DNA of 64,000 bases from Spirochaetia bacterium (GTDB lineage Bacteria; Spirochaetota; Spirochaetia; DSM-2461), in NCBI GenBank assembly GCA_963668315.1, contig OY764216.1:3520001-3584000 (forward strand), in the 5' to 3' direction. The position numbers and the translations under genes were made by a program. Under the pieces are notes generated by a model. It was not told the DNA's origin. It saw only the letters and a list, made by a program, of their open reading frames with translations, and searched no databases. This document shows positions 58,292-64,000 of the stretch, piece after piece; the first letter of the stretch is position 1; each line of letters begins with the position of its first letter.

Positions 58292-59299
58292 ATGCCGGAA
58301 GATTTTGCGGGGCTGATCAGAACCCTAGAAAGATTTGCTAATTTGAAAACCACCCCCCCCCGGGAACAGCTGGAGGATCTTCTCTCCTCTGTGACCTTTC
58401 TCCTGAATCAGGAAAATCCTCTGGTCCGTCCCCTGGACAGGGAAGGACTCTCGGGAGGATTGATCTTACTCCGTGATGATATCCCCACCCTTATCATTCC
58501 CGATATACACGGGAGAAGGGATTTTATGATGGATTTTCTTAACTGGAACTACGGTCCCGGTCCTGTCCTGGAAGGACTCTATAAGGAAGAGATCCAGGTG
58601 GTATGCGTCGGAGACGGTTTTCACACGGAAAAACGGGGGGCCCTGCGCTGGCAGGAAGCCTTTCAGGAGTACGCCCAGGGTTTCAAGAAACATAAGAATA
58701 TGGATCGCGAAATGGCGGACAGCATGGGCGTCATGGCTATGGTCATGCTTCTGAAGAGAGCATTTCCCGATAATTTTCATTTCCTCAAGGGAAACCATGA
58801 AAACATAAAGAACGAAAATAACGAATCGGACCGCTCTTTCGGTAAATACGCCTACGAGGGCGCCATGGTCAGGGAATGGGTGGAACTGTTTCTGGGCGAG
58901 GATTTTCTGGATTCCTGGAGCGCCTTTGAGCAATCCCTGCCCATTTTTGTGGTGGGCAGACATTTTCTGATCTCCCATGCGGAACCTTTATGCTTCCACG
59001 GAAGGGAAGAGATCATTAATTACCGGGATGACCGGACGATTGTATTCGACTTCAGCTGGACAGGAAATGATCAGTCCGAACCGGGATCCGTGGCCGCCAT
59101 GCTGCGGAGTTTTCTGCCCGAAGTTGAGAATCCCTACTACTTCGGAGGACACCGGCCGGTACCGAATCTCTATCAGACAAGGGCCGAAGGGAAATACGTT
59201 CAGATTCATAATCCGGAAAAAGAGATCGTCGCTCTGATTCATCCGGAGGAACTGATAGATTTGGATATAGTTATTAAAGAAATAAAGCGAGAGGGTTAA
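58292..59299 (+). CDS. Calcineurin-like metallophosphoesterase (putative Ser/Thr phosphatase)
   Basis: PDIHG, VGDGFH, KGNHE, ISHA, GGH. Directly upstream of the kinase. Confidence 0.8.
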   Translation: MPEDFAGLIRTLERFANLKTTPPREQLEDLLSSVTFLLNQENPLVRPLDREGLSGGLILLRDDIPTLIIPDIHGRRDFMMDFLNWNYGPGPVLEGLYKEEIQVVCVGDGFHTEKRGALRWQEAFQEYAQGFKKHKNMDREMADSMGVMAMVMLLKRAFPDNFHFLKGNHENIKNENNESDRSFGKYAYEGAMVREWVELFLGEDFLDSWSAFEQSLPIFVVGRHFLISHAEPLCFHGREEIINYRDDRTIVFDFSWTGNDQSEPGSVAAMLRSFLPEVENPYYFGGHRPVPNLYQTRAEGKYVQIHNPEKEIVALIHPEELIDLDIVIKEIKREG

Positions 59300-59300
59300 G

Positions 59301-61172
59301 GTGGCAAAAGTACCAGCGAAAATCGGAAAATACCCCATCGAGGAATTGGTGGCGGAAGGAGGCATGGGTGCCGTCTATAAAGGGATGCATCCGACTCTGA
59401 ACAGACCGGTAATTCTCAAACGACTGACCTTGAAAAACAGCGAGCACCTGACGGAGCGATTCCGCAGGGAAGCCCGGATGATGATGAATTTCAAAAATGA
59501 GAACATTGTCAATTTCTATGACCATTTCAAGGCGGGGGACTCTTACTATATTGTTCTGGAGTATATTGACGGTTCGGACTTAAACAATCTCCTTACCAAA
59601 GAGCGTTATCTGAACTGCGATCTGGCTCTCTATATCTTCAGGGAAAGCTGTAAGGCTCTCAAATATGCCCACAAGCATCAGGTCATTCACAGGGATATCA
59701 AACCGGCCAATATCATGTTCAATACCTCCGGGGAGGTTAAGCTTGTTGATTTCGGCGTCGCCCACGAGGGAACCGAGGAAGAGGCCGGACTCACTACCGA
59801 CGGAATGACTGTGGGGACACCATCCTACATGGCGCCCGAGCAGTTTCAAAGCTCGAAGAGCGTTGATGCCCGGGCCGATATCTACTCCATGGGCGTTATG
59901 CTCTACCAGATGGTAACGGGCAAAAAGCCTTTTCCCGGCGGTTATTCCCCCGAGCTGATAGCAGCCATCCAGAAGAACAAATACATCCCCCCCAGAAAAC
60001 TGAACCCCGATATTAACCGGATCACCGCTAAGATTATCCGCAAATGCATGAAGGCCAAGGCGGATAAGCGCTATAGAAGCGTTGACGAGATCCTCTTTAT
60101 ACTCGACCGCTACTTCAGAAAGCTGGATGAATCGAGTCTGGTGGAAGAGCTTAAGGCCCGCATCGCCGGAGAAGAAATCCCCGAGAAGAAAAAGCGTAAA
60201 CTTCGCCTATCCCGTATATTCTGGGCTCTCGGTCTTGTTCTGTTTCTCGGAGCCGCCGGAAGTGTGGCCTACTGGCTGGGCCTTTTCCATGAGTATGTTT
60301 TCACCGACAAATGGAGCCGCCTCAATCTGGAGATAGAAGTACCCAGTGCCTACAAGCGGGCTGAACAGATCTATACCAACGTTGAGATCTTCCAGGATGA
60401 CGATCAAAGCATCCCCGAGGTGGATCACAAAGTCTTCCTGCGAAACACCAGTTCCGATGAGGACACCTATCATTTCCAGAGTCTGCCCGTCTACCTGGAG
60501 ACCGGACGATACCGGCTCAAGATTCAGGTGGAGGACATTCTCTACTGGTATACCCTCTATCTGCCGCCCCGCTCGGAACAGAAACAGGATCCCTCGACGG
60601 AGAAGGGGGAAACCCTTTCCCTCTCCATTACCGACCTTCCCGTATCCGATGTGGAGGTAAGCTGGAGGGTCAGGGACTGCTTCAGTAAAGCGGCTCTGGA
60701 TAGGGATCTTTCCATCAAAATCTTCAGCGGGGGTGATTGGATCCCCTTCGATAAAGAGGAAGAGACCCTTCTCTCCGGCCGTGTCCATAAGTTCAGATTC
60801 GAAAAGGATGGCTACTATCCCAAGGAATACTCCCTGAGGCTCTATCCTTTCCAGAAAAGACTGACGATAGAAGTGGAAATGACTCCCCTGGCGACGAAAC
60901 TGGTCATAGACAGCTCCCTTGAAAAAGCGTCCATGACGCTTAACGGCAGGCAATGGTACATTGAAGGGACCTCTGTTGGTATGATGAAGGATATTCCCCT
61001 TCTTACCAAAGGGGAAAATTCCCTGGACCTTGTCCCCGGGATTTACCTGATAGAATTGAAAAGCGGAAGGAAAACCGCTTCTATGGAACTTAATCTTGAA
61101 AGGGGTCAATCATATAACATGGCCCTGGACTTGAATGAAGACAAATCTGATCTGCTTTTAACTGAGGAGTAA
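59301..61172 (+). CDS. Membrane Hanks-type Ser/Thr protein kinase with extracytoplasmic beta-rich domain
   Basis: EGGMGAVY, ILK, HRDIKPAN, DFG, GTPSYMAPE, ADIYSMG. Single TM at about aa 305-330. GTG start. Confidence 0.93.
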   Translation: MAKVPAKIGKYPIEELVAEGGMGAVYKGMHPTLNRPVILKRLTLKNSEHLTERFRREARMMMNFKNENIVNFYDHFKAGDSYYIVLEYIDGSDLNNLLTKERYLNCDLALYIFRESCKALKYAHKHQVIHRDIKPANIMFNTSGEVKLVDFGVAHEGTEEEAGLTTDGMTVGTPSYMAPEQFQSSKSVDARADIYSMGVMLYQMVTGKKPFPGGYSPELIAAIQKNKYIPPRKLNPDINRITAKIIRKCMKAKADKRYRSVDEILFILDRYFRKLDESSLVEELKARIAGEEIPEKKKRKLRLSRIFWALGLVLFLGAAGSVAYWLGLFHEYVFTDKWSRLNLEIEVPSAYKRAEQIYTNVEIFQDDDQSIPEVDHKVFLRNTSSDEDTYHFQSLPVYLETGRYRLKIQVEDILYWYTLYLPPRSEQKQDPSTEKGETLSLSITDLPVSDVEVSWRVRDCFSKAALDRDLSIKIFSGGDWIPFDKEEETLLSGRVHKFRFEKDGYYPKEYSLRLYPFQKRLTIEVEMTPLATKLVIDSSLEKASMTLNGRQWYIEGTSVGMMKDIPLLTKGENSLDLVPGIYLIELKSGRKTASMELNLERGQSYNMALDLNEDKSDLLLTEE

Positions 61173-61177
61173 GAACG

Positions 61178-62035
61178 ATGACAGAAAGCGGCAAAATAGG
61201 TTTATATACAGCCATCGGGGCAATCGGAGGATTATGCGCCTTCGCACTTGTCAGCCTGATATCCCTGATGAAAGAGAGCTTCGGAAGCTACCTGATATTC
61301 AATATAGTCATGGGGGCCTGTTTCGGTCTTGCCATCGGCGCCGTCCTGGGCAGTGCCGAAGGAATCGTCCACGGCAACCGGCAGAAAATACTTTCCGGCC
61401 TTCTCTACGGGACCCTCACGGGTATCGCCGGCGGAATTGTCGGCGTGTTTCTGGGCCAGTCCCTCCTTCTCCGTTTCGATAGGGCCATGGGTGATGCGCC
61501 CCTCATCATATCCGCCCTTATCCAGGCCCTCTGCTGGATGATCATGGGAATGTTCGTGTCCCTGGGCGAAGGGCTCCGCTCCCGTTCGGGACTGAAACTG
61601 ACCTACGGCCTTCTGGGCGGGCTGACGGGCGGTCTGCTGGGGGGATTCCTTCTGGAGATCCTGACATCCCGTCTGGCCGGTCTTGTCATTCTGGGAGCGG
61701 CGATTACCTTCTTCTATGCCCTGATGGAGAAAAACTTCTCCCGCGGCGTGCTTCGGGTACTCAACGGCCCGTTGAAGGGCAAGAAACTGGCACTGAACCA
61801 GAGGAAGCTTACCCTTGGTCAGGGACAGGGCAACGATTTTGCCCTGATCGGTTATGACGGAGTGGAAGAGAAATGCCATGCGGTCATATCGGTGAGAAGC
61901 GACGGAGCCGTTCTGGAGCCGTTCAGCCACCGTTATGACGTTTACGTCAATGACGAAAAAACACAGAAAGCGGTTCTGAAATACGAAGATGTCATCCGTA
62001 TCGGGGAAGCCCGCTTTTTATATGAGGTGAAATAA
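61178..62035 (+). CDS. Gly-rich multi-TM membrane protein with C-terminal FHA-like domain
   Basis: About 6 TMs with GxxxG tracts, then LRVLNGPLKG...LG...ND...HA.I...YVND....LKYEDVIRIG. Confidence 0.8.
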   Translation: MTESGKIGLYTAIGAIGGLCAFALVSLISLMKESFGSYLIFNIVMGACFGLAIGAVLGSAEGIVHGNRQKILSGLLYGTLTGIAGGIVGVFLGQSLLLRFDRAMGDAPLIISALIQALCWMIMGMFVSLGEGLRSRSGLKLTYGLLGGLTGGLLGGFLLEILTSRLAGLVILGAAITFFYALMEKNFSRGVLRVLNGPLKGKKLALNQRKLTLGQGQGNDFALIGYDGVEEKCHAVISVRSDGAVLEPFSHRYDVYVNDEKTQKAVLKYEDVIRIGEARFLYEVK

Positions 62036-63447
62036 TGAAAGACAAACTGTTTAATATAAAGACGCTGTTTTTTCTTTTGGCGGCCTTTTCCCTGCAGGCC
62101 GAGAACATGGTCATAACAGGGATTGATTCCACCGGGATGCTGAGTACGCAGAAAGTGGACCTTTACGTGACTCAGACCGATGAAACGGGCAAAGCCCTTG
62201 ACGAGAGCGGCGAACTGACCGTTTATGAATCTCCCGACGGGGAAAAGTGGATTCCCGTCAGCTCCGAACTGTCCATTGACAGGGAGGCAAACCGCAGAGA
62301 GGGAATCGCCTTTCTCATGCTGATGGACAATTCGGGCAGTATGTACGACGACTTGAACGGAAGGGCCACGGAGAATTACGCCGATCAGAGGATGACCCAT
62401 GCCAAGGAAGCCATGCGTACCTTTCTCGGCTCCATAGAAGACAGCCGGGACCGGGTGGCTCTGGTGGCGTTTAATACGGATTACAGGATCCTTTCGGAAA
62501 GTACCGGTAACAGAAGCGTTCTCCTCGATCAGCTTGAGTACATAAGCAAACCCGAACCGGCAAAGGCCTACACAGAACTTTACTCCTCCCTTGACAGGAG
62601 TTCCCAGTTCTTCGAGGACCAGGAAGAGAAGGGGAGGAAAATCATCATTGTCCTCTCCGATGGAGAGAATTATCCCTACTTTGCCATAAAGGGTGAACCC
62701 CATCCCGAGTACGGCGAACGTCTTTATACGCCCGAAGAGGCGGCGGAAAGCCTGAACAAGGAAGGGATAACCCTTTACGCCATTCACTTCGGTCTGAAGC
62801 AGGATCCCTATCTCGGAGAGATTGCCACCGAGACGGGCGGCAGGGTTTTCGATGCCCGCAACGGGGAAGAGCTTGCCATGATCTATGACAGCATCAGAAA
62901 ATCTGTGATGGATGAATATAAGGTCACGTATAAAGCCGGAGTTTTTCATTCTCCCCGCGTATTTGTGAAAATTGCCTCTTCCTCTATTGAATCGGAAGCC
63001 CGTTATTACTATAATTCATCTCTATTTGGTGAATCGGGGGCTCTCCCCCTGCTGGTCCTGCTGCTGTTTTTACTTCTTTCAATAGGCCTATGGCTGCTGT
63101 TGACAAAAATTCGTCTTGAAAGGGTCAACAAGGCGCCCCATATCGAACTTATCGGTCCCGGGGGCTTGAGAAACCGTGTTCTTGAACTGAATGAAGGAAA
63201 AACCGTCATAGGAACCAGCGAAAACCATGATATGACAATTGCGGGCAAAGGTGCCCCTTCTGAGAAGGAATCGGCCACTATCATCTACGATGAGAAGAAG
63301 CAGGCCTTTACGCTGGTTGCGGGAGAAGGGGAAGCCACGATGGTAAATAACCGGGAGGTTTCCCGAAAAGACCTGAAGGCCGGCGATGTCATCAAGGTGG
63401 GAGACAACCTGATAATTTTTGATGACGAAGGAACGCAGGTAAGATAG
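62035..63447 (+). CDS. Exported vWA domain + TM + C-terminal FHA-like domain protein
   Basis: Signal peptide, MIDAS DNSGSM, YTELY, IIVLSDGEN, ETGG; TM; then VIG...VNN....LKAGDVIKVG. Confidence 0.85.
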   Translation: MKDKLFNIKTLFFLLAAFSLQAENMVITGIDSTGMLSTQKVDLYVTQTDETGKALDESGELTVYESPDGEKWIPVSSELSIDREANRREGIAFLMLMDNSGSMYDDLNGRATENYADQRMTHAKEAMRTFLGSIEDSRDRVALVAFNTDYRILSESTGNRSVLLDQLEYISKPEPAKAYTELYSSLDRSSQFFEDQEEKGRKIIIVLSDGENYPYFAIKGEPHPEYGERLYTPEEAAESLNKEGITLYAIHFGLKQDPYLGEIATETGGRVFDARNGEELAMIYDSIRKSVMDEYKVTYKAGVFHSPRVFVKIASSSIESEARYYYNSSLFGESGALPLLVLLLFLLLSIGLWLLLTKIRLERVNKAPHIELIGPGGLRNRVLELNEGKTVIGTSENHDMTIAGKGAPSEKESATIIYDEKKQAFTLVAGEGEATMVNNREVSRKDLKAGDVIKVGDNLIIFDDEGTQVR

Positions 63448-64000
63448 ATGGGACACAGAGGAGAAATCTTCACAAGAAAGATATTTGTTAAGGACGGGGA
63501 AAAAACCTATTTTTTCAATATCAAGGAAAACCGTTACGGCAACAAATTTTTAAATCTGGTGGAAAGCAGCAAAAGAGAGGGAGGCCCTTTCAAACGGAAT
63601 TCCATCATGGTTTACAGGGAAGATTTACCCTCTTTCATGGAAGGTTTCTCCGAAGCCTGTGAACATCTCAATAAAAAAGAAAAAACCCAGCTCTCCCTCT
63701 CCAAGGGGGAGGAATCGGGTCGAAGAACCTTCCATTTCTCCGTAAAATGGAACAAATTCGGCTGGGGATCGATCTTTATTTCCGAAGAAAGGTCCGATTA
63801 TACCTCTGAGCTGCATAACGAAATGATTCTGATTGATGAAAGGGACATGGAAGACTTTCTCAAAGGCTACGAACCCGCCATGGCTAAGCTCAGGCAGGAA
63901 AAACAGTCCGAACCTCCCCAAACACCCCCGAAAGCACCCGAGAAGAAACCTGGTAAAAAGGTGAAAATCTCTCTTCCCGCCGCCCCCGGGAACAAGAAGG
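63448..64000 (+). CDS. PUR-family (BpuR/DUF3276-like) DNA/RNA-binding protein with two tandem PUR repeats; 3' truncated by window and absent from the ORF track
   Basis: ATG immediately follows the previous TAG. MGHRGEIFTRKIF...KTYFFNIKENRYGNKFLNLVES...RNSIMVYREDL..F, then a second repeat RTFHFSVKWNKFG..IFISEER...ILIDERDMEDF. Confidence 0.85.
   Translation, partial: MGHRGEIFTRKIFVKDGEKTYFFNIKENRYGNKFLNLVESSKREGGPFKRNSIMVYREDLPSFMEGFSEACEHLNKKEKTQLSLSKGEESGRRTFHFSVKWNKFGWGSIFISEERSDYTSELHNEMILIDERDMEDFLKGYEPAMAKLRQEKQSEPPQTPPKAPEKKPGKKVKISLPAAPGNKK

Noticed and set aside
587..62949. Many long antisense or alternate-frame ORFs (e.g. 587-1738, 9036-10232, 11479-13401, 18246-19835, 30889-32367, 55947-57263, 61942-62949)
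   Set aside because: They shadow well-supported genes on the other strand and show no recognisable motifs, as expected from codon bias.

Overview
A gene-dense 64 kb window, most likely from a free-living anaerobic spirochaete (Spirochaetales). That call is inferred from a Borrelia BpuR-like PUR protein, a PlzA/PilZN3-like protein and a spirochaete-type sugar-binding protein. In order it holds: a carboxyspermidine-route polyamine operon (speA 3' part, CASDH, nspC, speB); an MCP; a 13.5 kb purine/heterocycle catabolic cluster (dpaL/ygeX, ygeY, amidohydrolase, PreA-like flavoprotein, two Mo-hydroxylases, XRE-cupin regulator, NCS2 permease); a DUF285 repeat surface lipoprotein; rlmD; a c-di-GMP cluster; a two-component/sugar ABC/GH3 block; a decayed Crp-linked flavoprotein locus; a 1748-aa Ig-repeat lipoprotein paired with a barrel/transglutaminase-like/TPR protein; a second MCP; tRNA-Thr(CGT); ppdK; and a Ser/Thr kinase-phosphatase-FHA-vWA operon ending in a two-repeat PUR protein. 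The best candidates for undescribed systems are (i) the giant lipoprotein plus barrel-fused Cys-His enzyme pair, whose post-Cys 'NLLDTxDE' motif is shared with the other surface lipoprotein, (ii) the kinase/phosphatase/FHA/vWA/PUR operon, and (iii) the variant purine-degradation cluster with a visible operator. No CRISPR, rRNA, integrase or transposase was seen. All family calls come from motif recognition by eye, not from searches.
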